Shown here: positions 7,643 through 16,642 of the stretch, one piece after another
Position numbering within the stretch: position 1 is the first letter of the stretch
Layout: each line of letters begins with the position of its first letter
NCBI GenBank assembly: GCA_964527045.1
Contig: CAZGNF010000001.1
Location: 1-45,997, forward strand
Direction of reading: 5' to 3'
Source of the DNA: an uncultured Coriobacteriaceae bacterium
Lineage (GTDB): Bacteria > Actinomycetota > Coriobacteriia > Anaerosomatales > Anaerosomataceae
DNA length: 45,997 nucleotides
Made by a program: the position numbers and the translations under genes
The notes under the pieces: model-generated
What the model saw: only the letters and a program-made list of their open reading frames with translations
Databases searched by the model: none
What the model was told of the DNA's origin: nothing

Positions 7643-10539
7643 CTGACTCTCCCCCCGCATACCGTCGCGGCCCCGCAGAACGTGCAGGCGTCCTTGTCGC
7701 GAGGCCGGACAGCGATGATTCCGGCGCGCATGCCCTCCACGGCCCGCTCGGCTGATTGGATTGCCGCTGCGATGATCTGCGGCAGTTCATCGGCCTCGCA
7801 TACGTCGTTGCCGACAAGCCCGGGGGTTCCAGCCATCTGGTCCGCCACAAAGCCCCTGTCGCCTCCGTACTGCATGCTTCGGTACAGACCGCCAAGCAGT
7901 GGCTTCCCGAGCGCCTCGGCGGCCACAAGGCCGTACAGGGGCAATTGCACGAGCCCTTTGGTCTCCAGGTCCGCCTTCTTGGCAACAGTGGAGCCGCTCT
8001 TGTAGTCGATGATGATGATTCCGGTGTCCGAGGCATCAACGCGGTCGATTCTGCCTTTGAGGAAGAAACTACCAGTATTCACGGCGGGCTGGCCGTCTTT
8101 GGTGTTGAACCGCATCTCCTGTGCGATGGGTTCGAAGCCCGGCAGGAAGGCCGCATCCCGCTCCACGATTCGCCGGCTGCCGATCCTTGCCGCATGCAGC
8201 ATCTCCTCATCATGCAAGGATGCCGGCATCGGACCTGCCGCGAGCACCTCGACAGCGACTACACGATGCTGTTCGATCGCCTCGGTAAGGTTCGCAGGAG
8301 TCACTCTCCCCTGGCCGAGCTCCGCCCTGCGCTCGTAGAATCGCTGGAGGATCTCATGGGCGAGACTCCCCTTCTGAAGCACGTCGATCTCCTGCTCCAT
8401 TGAATCGGGGCGCAGTTTGCGCTCGTAGAACCATGCGAACGGACATGCGAGGTACTTCTCGATGTCACTCGCTGAGAACGTGTCGATTAGGGCGAGTTCG
8501 GCTGCAATCTCCTCGCTGACGCAGGCCGCACGACTCCGCGCCCTGTACGTCGCGTCTCGCGCTCGAGGGTCCGTCGTGTCGCCCTCGGTCGCAGCCGCTC
8601 TCAATCGCCGACGCTCCGCAAGCGGGGCATCCTCGGACTCCGCCAGGTCGCCAAGCTCAAGCTTCCGGACAGGCAGCTTATCACCGTATGGCTCGCCCGT
8701 GACGGGATCACGATACAGATCCAGGAATTCCTCCCACAGGGAAGAAGCGCGCACAGGGCGGCCGTCGTCATCGCATACCATCCGGCTGAGCACGAGACGA
8801 TCGTGCGCTCCGGTGACGATCTGATAGAAGAGCAAGCGCTCGTCTTCAGCGTCGATGCGTGGCCGCGCGTCGATTCCAGCGGCCAAGAGCTCGGCCGTCA
8901 TCGCCGGCGAGCTGAGCGCATCTTCGGCCGGCACAGCGGGAAACTCACCTGAATTCATGCCTGCCAGAATCACCACCGGGAAGCGTCTTGATCGCGCTCG
9001 CTCCGCACTCATGACCTGCACGCTATCGCCGCGTGTTTGGGCGGGCGTGATCGTGACTCGCGTGTTCCTCAGCGCGCTGGCGACTTCCCGAGCACCCCAT
9101 GACCCGCTTCCAAGCGCTGCTATCTCCTCGATCGCCGCCATCACGGTCGACTGCGCTGCAGCATCTACTAGTCCGCCCTCATCGAAGATAGCCGTAGGTC
9201 CGTGAGCCGCCCGCAGCATATCTGCGACCAGCCAACGCCAACCCTCAACAGCAGTGGCATCAACGGGAGCGGCCGCGAGCGCGGCTGCGCGTTCAAGCAA
9301 GAGACGGGTACGTGCGCCAGTTGTCCGCGCGGCTTCAAGGACTTCTCGGCCCGCAGTAACGCGCCTGCGCCGCAGTAGCTCGTCAGCGGAATCGACGGCC
9401 GCCGAATCGGCCCACGCATACCCGCTCCGAAGGAAGCCGAGGAGGTCGATGCGCTCGTGCCCTTCGACCAGGTAGCCAAGCAGAAGTAGGAGCGCGCGTC
9501 CGAGGCCGGTAGCTGCGACACCGATCCTGACATCGAATTCTGCCGGTACGCCCGCCTCCCGGAAGGCGGCCGCAAGACGCGCATGATGTTGCTCGGGGTT
9601 CCGGTACACCACCGCGATGTCTCCGTAGTTACTGCCAGATATTACCAGCTCTTGTATCTCCCGTGTGATCCTCGCGGCTTCGCCGGCAGACCCCGCCGCC
9701 TCAGAGAGGGATACGGCTCCCATCGACACAGGACGCTCAGAGGACCCGATTCCGCCGAAGAGCGCCTCGCCCACGGCGCGCAGCTCCGCATTGCCGTCCG
9801 TTGGCGCAGAGACGTGCATGTGGTGGGCACCCTTGACAGCATCGAACTCAGAGACCACCTTGCATGCCGCTGCGGTCGCCGGATGGTCTTCGACCCAGGT
9901 CAGGGCAACGAAGACATCGCATCCGAGATCTGCGGAGCGCACGATGAAGCGCTTCTGCGCAGGCGTGAAGCTGGCGAAGCGATTGACCGCGAGCACCTGC
10001 GGAACGTCTCGGGCGGTAAGGGTTTCGGCAAGGCGCGCATGCGCCTCACTCGGCTCGATCAACTCGTTCTCGCGAAGCAGGCACGCGTACGCGTCGACGA
10101 GCCCCAGGAGCTCCCTCGCTGCGGGCGTCGTCGCGGACCTGGCGCGCGCGCCGTCCAACGCAAGCGACTCCCCCGCTCTCTGGACGAGCGTCTCCAGTAG
10201 GCGCGCGAATCCCGGGCGCGCTGCTGATCGTGCGAGCACCTGGAGGTTGGCCTGGGACAGTACGCTGCTCAGAGCAAGCATTCGTTGAGTCGGCCGCACG
10301 ATCGATCGCCCGTCACCAAGCAGGTCCCATCGTGTACTCAAATACCGGTCGAACTGCGTGATGGTAAGACCGAGAGCTGAACCCTCTCGCGAGAATTCCT
10401 GCTCGGCGCGCCGAACCTCGGGACCAGACGGTAGCAGCAGTGTGGCATCCAGGCCACGGGCGGCGGCGTCTCGAATCGCGGCGTGCAGTACGCCGGTCTT
10501 GCCCGCATTGGCCGCGCCAGTGACGATCGTAAGTCCCAC
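7639..10539 (-). CDS. addB: AddB-like helicase-nuclease subunit with a RecB-type nuclease and CxxCx5C iron-staple cysteines
   Basis: N-terminal P-loop is IVTGAANAGKTG. C-terminal nuclease is GRIDRVD...IIIDYKSG, QLPLYG. Cys residues are YLACPFAW plus CTFCGAATVC. Start chosen at GTG 10539, preceded by GGAGGGAG with a 6-nt spacer. The track start at 10656 would overlap the upstream ytxH-like gene by 67 nt. Confidence 0.75.
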   Translation of the reverse strand: MGLTIVTGAANAGKTGVLHAAIRDAAARGLDATLLLPSGPEVRRAEQEFSREGSALGLTITQFDRYLSTRWDLLGDGRSIVRPTQRMLALSSVLSQANLQVLARSAARPGFARLLETLVQRAGESLALDGARARSATTPAARELLGLVDAYACLLRENELIEPSEAHARLAETLTARDVPQVLAVNRFASFTPAQKRFIVRSADLGCDVFVALTWVEDHPATAAACKVVSEFDAVKGAHHMHVSAPTDGNAELRAVGEALFGGIGSSERPVSMGAVSLSEAAGSAGEAARITREIQELVISGSNYGDIAVVYRNPEQHHARLAAAFREAGVPAEFDVRIGVAATGLGRALLLLLGYLVEGHERIDLLGFLRSGYAWADSAAVDSADELLRRRRVTAGREVLEAARTTGARTRLLLERAAALAAAPVDATAVEGWRWLVADMLRAAHGPTAIFDEGGLVDAAAQSTVMAAIEEIAALGSGSWGAREVASALRNTRVTITPAQTRGDSVQVMSAERARSRRFPVVILAGMNSGEFPAVPAEDALSSPAMTAELLAAGIDARPRIDAEDERLLFYQIVTGAHDRLVLSRMVCDDDGRPVRASSLWEEFLDLYRDPVTGEPYGDKLPVRKLELGDLAESEDAPLAERRRLRAAATEGDTTDPRARDATYRARSRAACVSEEIAAELALIDTFSASDIEKYLACPFAWFYERKLRPDSMEQEIDVLQKGSLAHEILQRFYERRAELGQGRVTPANLTEAIEQHRVVAVEVLAAGPMPASLHDEEMLHAARIGSRRIVERDAAFLPGFEPIAQEMRFNTKDGQPAVNTGSFFLKGRIDRVDASDTGIIIIDYKSGSTVAKKADLETKGLVQLPLYGLVAAEALGKPLLGGLYRSMQYGGDRGFVADQMAGTPGLVGNDVCEADELPQIIAAAIQSAERAVEGMRAGIIAVRPRDKDACTFCGAATVCGGRVR

Positions 10540-10589
10540 CTGCTGCTCCCTCCGAATGTCCGGAAGAAGCGTAGCACGGGGCTCTGACG

Positions 10590-10877
10590 TCAGGGCATCA
10601 TGACCGTTCGTGAGTACTTGCGCACACCTTCGCGCAGCTCTCTCACCTTGCGCCACGCGACTTCTTCTTCTCGCCCAAGGTAATGGTCCATGCGAGATCC
10701 GACGAGCTCAGCCGCTCGCTCGGCGCGATCAGCGACAGCGCGCGCGGTATCAGCCACCCGGAGCGCCTCGTTGGCTAGCCGGCGCCGAGTACGGGCACCG
10801 CTGTCCGGTGCGAACAGTAAGCCGACGACGATACCTCCGACTGTGCCGGCGATGAGACCAATGGCAAAATATTCCAT
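10590..10877 (-). CDS. YtxH-like small membrane-anchored protein
   Basis: MEYFAIGLIAGTVGGIVVGLLFAPDSGARTRRRL is the typical YtxH N-terminal motif, followed by a helical tail. ATG 10877 is preceded by GAGGA. The 29-aa extension in the track ORF (10964) overlaps the parB 3' end. Confidence 0.7.
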   Translation of the reverse strand: MEYFAIGLIAGTVGGIVVGLLFAPDSGARTRRRLANEALRVADTARAVADRAERAAELVGSRMDHYLGREEEVAWRKVRELREGVRKYSRTVMMP

Positions 10878-10887
10878 TCCTCGGCTT

Positions 10888-11763
10888 CTACGCATTCGCG
10901 CCATCCCCTTCCGGCGCACCGCTCTCAGTGAGAACGCGCATGATTCGCTCCAGATCAGCTTCATCTACGAAGTCGATCTCGATTTTGCCCTTCTTGGCGG
11001 TCTGGCGAACCCGCACGTTCGTTGCAAGCAGTCGCCTGAGCTTACGCGCAACGACTTTGTACGATTTCGGTGATATTGGCCGAGGCGTGCGCTCACCTTG
11101 GCCAGCGGCCATCAGCCGGGCGACGTTCTCGGCGTCTCTAACCGACAGTCCTTCTTCGACGATCTTGTGAGCGAGCCGGATGCGCTGTGTTTCCTCTGGC
11201 ACGGACAGAACTGCACGCGCGTGGCCAGCTGTTAGCTTGTTGTCGTACATGAGCTCTTGAACCTCTTCAGGGAGATCGAGGAGGCGGAGTGAGTTCGTTA
11301 CGCCCGATCGTGACTTCGACACTCGGTCAGCGAGCTCAGCCTGTGTCATCGAGTACTCTTCGATGAGGCGCTTGAAGCCGCGGGCCTCTTCGATTGCGTT
11401 GAGGTCCTGGCGTTGAAGGTTCTCGATTAGGGCCAGTGCGAGCGACTCCGTCTCGGTAGACGCCATCACACGGACGGGGACCTTCGTGAGTCCGGCGGCC
11501 CGTGATGCCCTCCAGCGGCGCTCACCGGCGATAATCTGATACCCCTCGGCATGCGGCCGGACGATAATGGGCTGCAGTACGCCGACTTTGGCGATCGAGT
11601 CCGCAAGTTCGTCGATGCCATCCTCGTCCATTGCGGTGCGGGGCTGGTTAGGATTCGGGGAGATGAGCTCGATCGGAAGCTCCTGGGGCTCCCCGCCGAC
11701 GAATTCCTGCCCGGCTCCCGGAATCAGGGCTGAGAGCCCCCGTCCAAGTCCACGCTTAGCCAC
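10888..11763 (-). CDS. parB: Chromosome partitioning protein ParB (Spo0J)
   Basis: MAKRGLGRGLSALIPG start, IPIELISPNPNQPR box, GERRWRA motif and HTH region. The GTG start overlaps the parA stop by 8 nt. Confidence 0.93.
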   Translation of the reverse strand: MAKRGLGRGLSALIPGAGQEFVGGEPQELPIELISPNPNQPRTAMDEDGIDELADSIAKVGVLQPIIVRPHAEGYQIIAGERRWRASRAAGLTKVPVRVMASTETESLALALIENLQRQDLNAIEEARGFKRLIEEYSMTQAELADRVSKSRSGVTNSLRLLDLPEEVQELMYDNKLTAGHARAVLSVPEETQRIRLAHKIVEEGLSVRDAENVARLMAAGQGERTPRPISPKSYKVVARKLRRLLATNVRVRQTAKKGKIEIDFVDEADLERIMRVLTESGAPEGDGANA

Positions 11764-12568
11764 GGCTGATCACTTCCTTCGCTAGGCTGCGGTACGCTTC
11801 GGCCCCGCGCCCGTTCGGATCGAACAGCGTGATCGGCTGCCCGAAGCTAGGGGCTTCTGAGAGTCGCACGCTTCGTGGAATGACGGTCTCGAACACCGTC
11901 TCGTCGAAGAAGTCCTTCACTTCTTCGACAACTTGCTGCGAGAGGCGCGTGCGACCGTCGAACATGGTCATCAGGACGCCGAACACCTCAAGGCCTGGAT
12001 TCAAGTGCGTCTTCACGAGCTTGAAGCTCTCGAGCAGCTTCGAAAGGCCTTCTAGCGCGTAGTACTCGCACTGAACCGGGATGATGACGCCATTGGCCGC
12101 AGACAACGCATTGACCGTGAGCAGCCCGAGTGATGGGGGGCAGTCGATGATCACAAAATCGAAATCGTCCACTACCGGAGCAAGCACACCCTTGAGCTTC
12201 GTCTCGCGGCTGAACGCTGAGACGAGTTCGATTTCTGCCCCCGCGAGCTGGATGGTGGCCGGCACCACGAACACATTCGGCACCTCCACTGGCTCGATGA
12301 GCCCCGCAATCGGGGTATCGCCGAGTAGCGCGTTGTAGACGCACTCTTCGCGCTGGTTCTTGTCGAGACCAAAGCCTGAAGTCGCATTTCCTTGAGGATC
12401 CAGGTCAACAAGAAGGACCTTGGTGCCGGCTTCACCAAGGGCGGCGGTAAGGTTGACGGCAGTTGTGCTCTTTCCGACACCGCCCTTTTGGTTCACAACG
12501 GCCAATACGCGCGTCGGATGAGACCTGCCACCTCGGCTCTGCGATCCAGACACAGGTGTATCGGACAC
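11756..12568 (-). CDS. parA: Chromosome partitioning ATPase ParA/Soj
   Basis: Deviant Walker A is VVNQKGGVGKSTTAVNL, with DLDPQGN and IIDCPPSLG blocks. I prefer GTG 12568, preceded by GGAGGAGG, to the TTG at 12583 used by the track. Confidence 0.9.
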   Translation of the reverse strand: MSDTPVSGSQSRGGRSHPTRVLAVVNQKGGVGKSTTAVNLTAALGEAGTKVLLVDLDPQGNATSGFGLDKNQREECVYNALLGDTPIAGLIEPVEVPNVFVVPATIQLAGAEIELVSAFSRETKLKGVLAPVVDDFDFVIIDCPPSLGLLTVNALSAANGVIIPVQCEYYALEGLSKLLESFKLVKTHLNPGLEVFGVLMTMFDGRTRLSQQVVEEVKDFFDETVFETVIPRSVRLSEAPSFGQPITLFDPNGRGAEAYRSLAKEVISRG

Positions 12569-12631
12569 GACGCCTCCTCCCAAATGAATGCTCGTGGGAA
12601 GTATAGGCGAATGAGGACCTCTTGGGAAAGG

Positions 12632-13357
12632 TTACGCGAGTGGATGCCGCTGAGCCATGCCACTTCTGCGAGGAAGGGGCACACTTGAGCCCCGAGTCTT
12701 CTCGTAGCAGACAATGGTGCGGCGCTCACCCTGTGACAACTGAAACTCGTCGAGGGAGATGCGTGACATACCGCAGATCTTAGCGACCTTGTCGCCGCGC
12801 AGCAGCTCTTCCTGGTCGAGCGGGCCCTTCATTGCAATCAGTCTGCCTCGCCTCATCAACATAGGCGTCGCGAGCTCAACCAGGGCCGGCAGGCTGGCCA
12901 GAGCACGAGCGACCACCCCCGCAAAGGCGTCAGGGTGCACTCGCGCAACATCCTCCGCCCGTTCGCCCAACACCTCTACGCCGAGACTGAGTTCTTCGGA
13001 GATTGCCGTGAGGAAGGCGGCCTTCTTCTTCACCGACTCGACAAGCGTCACTTCGCGCCCAGAGAGAATGCGCAGGACGATGCCTGGATATCCGGCGCCG
13101 GAACCGATATCCACGATGGGCCCCGCGACGAGATCACCGAGTGCCCGCATCGCTGTGGCGGAATCAGCGATGTGTAACCGGAGTACATCCGACTTCTCGG
13201 TCACCCTCGTCAAGTTCATTCGAGTGTTCTCATCGAGAACCGCGTCTGCGTGCAGGGCAATCAGCTCTAGCTCTTGGTCAGAGCCTGAGCCTCCCACGGC
13301 TGAGATTGCGGCACCCACGTCTTGCGCGTTGATCACAGCCGGTCTCAGATGTTTCAC
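12632..13357 (-). CDS. rsmG: 16S rRNA (guanine527-N7)-methyltransferase RsmG (GidB); start uncertain
   Basis: NLTRV block and SAM-binding IVDIGSGAGYPGIVL. The track ORF extends to 13423, but that extension is just two translated parS sites (MFHVKH...FHVKH). GTG 13357 has a GGAGG RBS 6 nt upstream. ATG 13387 and ATG 13423 remain possible. Confidence 0.8.
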   Translation of the reverse strand: MKHLRPAVINAQDVGAAISAVGGSGSDQELELIALHADAVLDENTRMNLTRVTEKSDVLRLHIADSATAMRALGDLVAGPIVDIGSGAGYPGIVLRILSGREVTLVESVKKKAAFLTAISEELSLGVEVLGERAEDVARVHPDAFAGVVARALASLPALVELATPMLMRRGRLIAMKGPLDQEELLRGDKVAKICGMSRISLDEFQLSQGERRTIVCYEKTRGSSVPLPRRSGMAQRHPLA

Positions 13358-13365
13358 GTGAAACC
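13350..13365. promoter_or_regulatory. parS site (ParB binding), 15/16 match
   Basis: TGTTTCACGTGAAACC versus the parS consensus TGTTNCACGTGAAACA. Confidence 0.8.
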
Positions 13366-13406
13366 TCCGATCGGACTCTGGTTTCATCCGGCTGGTCGTC
13401 CTGGAA

Positions 13407-13422
13407 TGTTTCACGTGAAACA
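13407..13422. promoter_or_regulatory. parS site (ParB binding), perfect 16-bp palindrome
   Basis: TGTTTCACGTGAAACA, starting 57 bp from the start of the first site and just upstream of the rsmG-parA-parB gene string. Confidence 0.85.
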
Positions 13423-13502
13423 TCGGAACAAGCCGGTCGCTGTCCGAAAGTCATGAGTCATGGGTTCTTGGCGGAGTCTCCGCGCACTGCATGTCGATGG
13501 TA

Positions 13503-13529
13503 TCAGAAAGGGCGCCCGTAGGCGCCCTT
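13503..13529 (-). terminator. Probable intrinsic terminator after jag
   Basis: On the minus strand, AAGGGCGCC-TACG-GGCGCCCTT is followed by TCTGAT. The hairpin lies 22 nt after the jag stop. The U-tract is short. Confidence 0.5.
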
Positions 13530-13551
13530 CGTGGTGTGAGATGTGGGAACC

Positions 13552-14292
13552 CTACTTCGGGTGCACAACCACCTGACGAAATGGCTCTTCCCCTTGGCTA
13601 GCAGTCGTGATGCGACGATCGTTCCGAAGAACCATGTGGATGACCTTGCGTTCGAAGCTCGTCATCGGCCGCAGCTCAACGGGACGGCCCTGACGCGCCA
13701 CGCGGTCGGCGGCCCGGCGCGCTATCTCCTCCAGCTTCAGGCGACGGCGGTACCGATACCCGGATACATCCACCACAATCGGGAAGCGTCGCTCGATTCG
13801 ACGGTTGGTTATGGCCGACACGAGAATCTGCAGAGCATCGAGCGTCTTGCCATGCCGGCCAATGAGAATGCCGAGATCATCACCGACGATGTCCATGATG
13901 ATTTCGTTCTCATCACCCTCGTACTCCTCGATCTCAGACTCGATGCCCAGCGGGCCGAGGATGCTGTTGATTACGGTCACAGCTTCGTCGGCGATGGAGT
14001 CGAGTTCTTCGTCGCTCAAGTCGGCGGGGGAGACGGCGTCATACCCGCTGTGGTTCACGAGTACTTCGTCTTCGAGCTCCTCCTCGACATCCTCGTCATC
14101 GGCGCTCGGAGCGACATAGCCCGCCTTGAGCCACACTCGGACCTTAGCCGTCTTTGCAGAGCCGAACAGGCCCTTGCCTCCGCCTTCGAGGACTTCGTAC
14201 TCAACGGCATCCTGCTGAACGCCCATCTCTTCGAGCGCAGCGTCGAGCGCCTCAGGTACCGATGGTCCCTCAACAATCGTTTCCTTGATCAT
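13552..14292 (-). CDS. jag: Jag/KhpB RNA-binding protein (Jag_N, KH, R3H domains)
   Basis: 246 aa. MIKETIVEGPSVPEALDAALEEMG is Jag_N-like. The KH block is IGRHGKTLDALQ. The R3H-like C-terminus is MTSFERKVIHMVL. It sits in the conserved position downstream of yidC. Confidence 0.88.
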   Translation of the reverse strand: MIKETIVEGPSVPEALDAALEEMGVQQDAVEYEVLEGGGKGLFGSAKTAKVRVWLKAGYVAPSADDEDVEEELEDEVLVNHSGYDAVSPADLSDEELDSIADEAVTVINSILGPLGIESEIEEYEGDENEIIMDIVGDDLGILIGRHGKTLDALQILVSAITNRRIERRFPIVVDVSGYRYRRRLKLEEIARRAADRVARQGRPVELRPMTSFERKVIHMVLRNDRRITTASQGEEPFRQVVVHPK

Positions 14293-15036
14293 CTATTCGG
14301 CTCCCTCTTTATGGGCGTACGTCTTCTGAAGAACCCACTGCTGGGCGATTTGGAGGACGCTCGATGTAACCCAGTAGACCAGAACACCAGCAGGGGAGAC
14401 CCAGCCGAACCACAGCATCATGAGAGACATGTAGACGGCGATGTTGCGCTGGGACTTATCGGTACCCGGCTGCATCAACTGCGGAATCACGATGCTCAGG
14501 CCGAACATGACTACAAGAATCGCGTAAGGAAGCACCGCGCCGATGCCGCCCGCTTCGAACATCTGCTGGGGGGTGCTGGTAAGGTCTGGAAGAATTATCC
14601 AGAAGCGCTTGGCCGCGATGGCGTCTGCTGCGGGCAAGGACGCTATGTGCGCTAGCAAGAGGCCGGGGACGAGCGTCTTCACACCATCGATCTTCTTGCT
14701 CACAGAGCCCAGGACGCGGAACAGCGCGAAGAATATTGGCATCTGGAGGATAAGCGGTAGGCATCCACCTAGTGGATTGACCTTGTTCTCCTGATAGAAC
14801 TTGAGCGTCTCTTCTTGGAGCTTCTCCTTGTTGTTCTTGTACTTCTCTTGCAGCTCCTTGATCTTTGGCTGAATCCGCTGCAGCTCATACGTGGACTTCG
14901 TCTGCTTCATGGTCAAAGGCAGGAGAACGACTCGGATCGCCACGGTCAGCAAGACGATCGCGATGCCGTAGTCATGTACATATGAGTAGAAGAAGCTGAG
15001 TACATCGAACAGGAACTTCTCGATAGGTTCGAGCAC
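14293..15036 (-). CDS. yidC: Membrane protein insertase YidC (short Gram-positive type)
   Basis: 247 aa with the conserved stretch AIVLLTVAIRVVLLPLTMKQTKS and blocks NPLGGCLPLILQMPIFFALF and YWVTSSVLQIAQQ. The GTG start has an AAGGAGGT RBS. Confidence 0.92.
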   Translation of the reverse strand: MLEPIEKFLFDVLSFFYSYVHDYGIAIVLLTVAIRVVLLPLTMKQTKSTYELQRIQPKIKELQEKYKNNKEKLQEETLKFYQENKVNPLGGCLPLILQMPIFFALFRVLGSVSKKIDGVKTLVPGLLLAHIASLPAADAIAAKRFWIILPDLTSTPQQMFEAGGIGAVLPYAILVVMFGLSIVIPQLMQPGTDKSQRNIAVYMSLMMLWFGWVSPAGVLVYWVTSSVLQIAQQWVLQKTYAHKEGAE

Positions 15037-15202
15037 GGGGGATTACCTCCTTGGTAAGGCACGGGGCCCAAGAATCCTCGGTTCTTCTCCACTCCGGTGG
15101 GTCCGGGGGTCCACGCTGTTTTCACTCTTCTATCTACCACACGCGCGACAATAAGAGAAACCCAACCTGCTGTGTGGTCACACATTCGGTCCAGGCGGAG
15201 GG

Positions 15203-15421
15203 CTAGGGAACGGGGTCGAAGCCGCCGGGGTTCCATGGGTGGCAACGACCAATGCGCTTCAGGGCCAACCACCCGCCGCGCAGCACGCCATGGCGCTCAA
15301 TCGCTGTAACCGCATACGCCGAACAGGTCGGCGTGAAGCGGCAGGATGGCGGAAAGAGGGGCGATAGCAGCCGCTGGTAGGTCTTGATGGGTAGTGTCGC
15401 GGCACGTCTCAGTATGTTCAT
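15203..15421 (-). CDS. yidD: Membrane protein insertion efficiency factor YidD
   Basis: 72 aa with the family signature [31 protein letters not shown]...[21 protein letters not shown] overlap with the rnpA stop. Confidence 0.92.
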   Translation of the reverse strand: MNILRRAATLPIKTYQRLLSPLFPPSCRFTPTCSAYAVTAIERHGVLRGGWLALKRIGRCHPWNPGGFDPVP

Positions 15422-15753
15422 TTCGCGCCCCGAGCACGCAAGACCGCTTCACGCAGATCGCGATCGACACTCTCTGCGGCGGCAGACTCAAGGCCAGTTC
15501 GGGCGACCAGCGCCACATCCATACCCGGCCACGGACCCCCAAGTCTGCGGCATGACGCCCGCAGCACACGCTTGCATCTGTTCCTTAACACCGCATTGCC
15601 GAGCTTCTTGCCTGCAACAAAAAGCACGCGTCCCTCTGAGAGGTCGCGTGCTTCTGGTGTTGGTAGGCCCAGGACGAGAACAAGCCTGCTGGTCCCGCGC
15701 CGGCCTTCTTTGAAGAGACGATCGATGTCGGCCGAGGCCTTGATCGTGTTCAT
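15418..15753 (-). CDS. rnpA: RNase P protein component
   Basis: The product from ATG 15753 reads [17 protein letters not shown]...[20 protein letters not shown]. The 48-codon N-terminal extension in the track ORF (15897) overlaps rpmH and is rejected. Confidence 0.88.
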   Translation of the reverse strand: MNTIKASADIDRLFKEGRRGTSRLVLVLGLPTPEARDLSEGRVLFVAGKKLGNAVLRNRCKRVLRASCRRLGGPWPGMDVALVARTGLESAAAESVDRDLREAVLRARGAK

Positions 15754-15787
15754 CGTGTCCCGTGCCCGCGAAGGGACGGAACCGTTG

Positions 15788-15931
15788 CTACGCAGCGCTC
15801 GGCGTGAGGACGTGACGGCCCTTGCGACGACGGGCCGCGATGACTGCCCGACCGCCTCTGGTTGCCATGCGTGCGCGGAATCCGTGCGTCTTTGCACGCT
15901 TCCGGTTATTCGGCTGGTATGTGCGCTTCAT
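15788..15931 (-). CDS. rpmH: 50S ribosomal protein L34
   Basis: Below the track size cut-off. The reverse complement reads [47 protein letters not shown] (47 aa). RBS is GGAGGA. Confidence 0.95.
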   Translation of the reverse strand: MKRTYQPNNRKRAKTHGFRARMATRGGRAVIAARRRKGRHVLTPSAA

Positions 15932-15983
15932 AGGATCCTCCGTTCGGGGCGTCCGAGAACACGCCCGGACGACAAGCCTGGTG

Positions 15984-16013
15984 ATTATACTGACACCCCC
16001 TTGTGAGTGTCAA
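15984..16013 (-). promoter_or_regulatory. Consensus sigma-70-type promoter for rpmH-rnpA
   Basis: The minus strand reads TTGACA (16013-16008), an 18-nt spacer, then TATAAT (15989-15984), about 50 nt upstream of the rpmH ATG. Confidence 0.6.
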
Positions 16014-16101
16014 TCACATTCGATCCGAGTGTGCTCTCGCAATGGTTTCCGATACCCCTGTGCTGCTTTCCTCAGTAAGGGCACCAAAATAGTCCGGAAA
16101 T

Positions 16102-16626
16102 TGTGGATACTGTGGAAAACCCAGGATTCACGACTGGCGAACCTGTGGATAACCTGTTGTCGCTCGTTGTCCCCAGGGTGCCCCTCTGTTAGAATCGGCG
16201 CTGTTTCCACAGGCTGTGAATCGGCGTTGTTCACCTTGAAAACGACCTGGTAGGGGCCTCTTACGGGCTCTTGGTTAATCTTGGTATACGGACAGGTGTT
16301 CGGTTTTCCACAGCTTCTTTCACTTCTGTATCTTGTGTTCGCAGCACTGTCCACAGAATCCACTGGACGGAAGCGATACTGGGTGGCCTTGGAAGGGCTG
16401 TTATACACCAAATAGCCATCAACCTGGGCTTCTTGTGGATTCGGACATGTGATCGCTGCGAGATTCTCCACAGATGTGGAAAGTCCTGTGGATAAACAGC
16501 AAAACAGCAGCTTAGAGGGTTCCAGGGTTTGTGGCTACAGTCTCGGTGGAGTGTTGTGGATACGGCTTCTAGCAGGGCGTTAATACTTGGGACTTTCGTA
16601 GTGATGTGTTGATAAGTCTGTGGAGC
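16102..16626. promoter_or_regulatory. oriC part I: DnaA-box cluster upstream of dnaA
   Basis: Perfect TGTGGATAA at 16144-16152 and 16487-16495. Six 8/9 boxes: 16102-16110 (TGTGGATAC), 16111-16119 (TGTGGAAAA), 16304-16312 (TTTTCCACA), 16464-16472 (TTCTCCACA), 16555-16563 (TGTGGATAC) and 16607-16615 (TGTTGATAA). Several 7/9 boxes also occur on both strands. Confidence 0.85.
16167..16195 (+). promoter_or_regulatory. Candidate extended -10 promoter reading toward the GHKL-HTH gene and dnaA
   Basis: TTGTCC, 17-nt spacer, TAGAAT, with TGT immediately 5' of the -10 (TGTTAGAAT). It lies 15 nt downstream of a perfect DnaA box. Confidence 0.35.
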
Positions 16627-16642
16627 GAGAGGGGGGACTACG

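Noticed and set aside
10540-10656. 39-codon N-terminal extension of the addB-like ORF
   Set aside because: It overlaps the ytxH-like gene. A strong GGAGGGAG RBS precedes GTG 10539, just before the P-loop.
13543-14655. 370-aa plus-strand ORF
   Set aside because: It is antisense to jag and yidC, both unambiguous. No recognisable motifs.
15754-15897. 48-codon N-terminal extension of rnpA in the ORF track
   Set aside because: It overlaps the genuine rpmH gene in another frame. Conserved RnpA sequence begins at [14 protein letters not shown] (ATG 15753).
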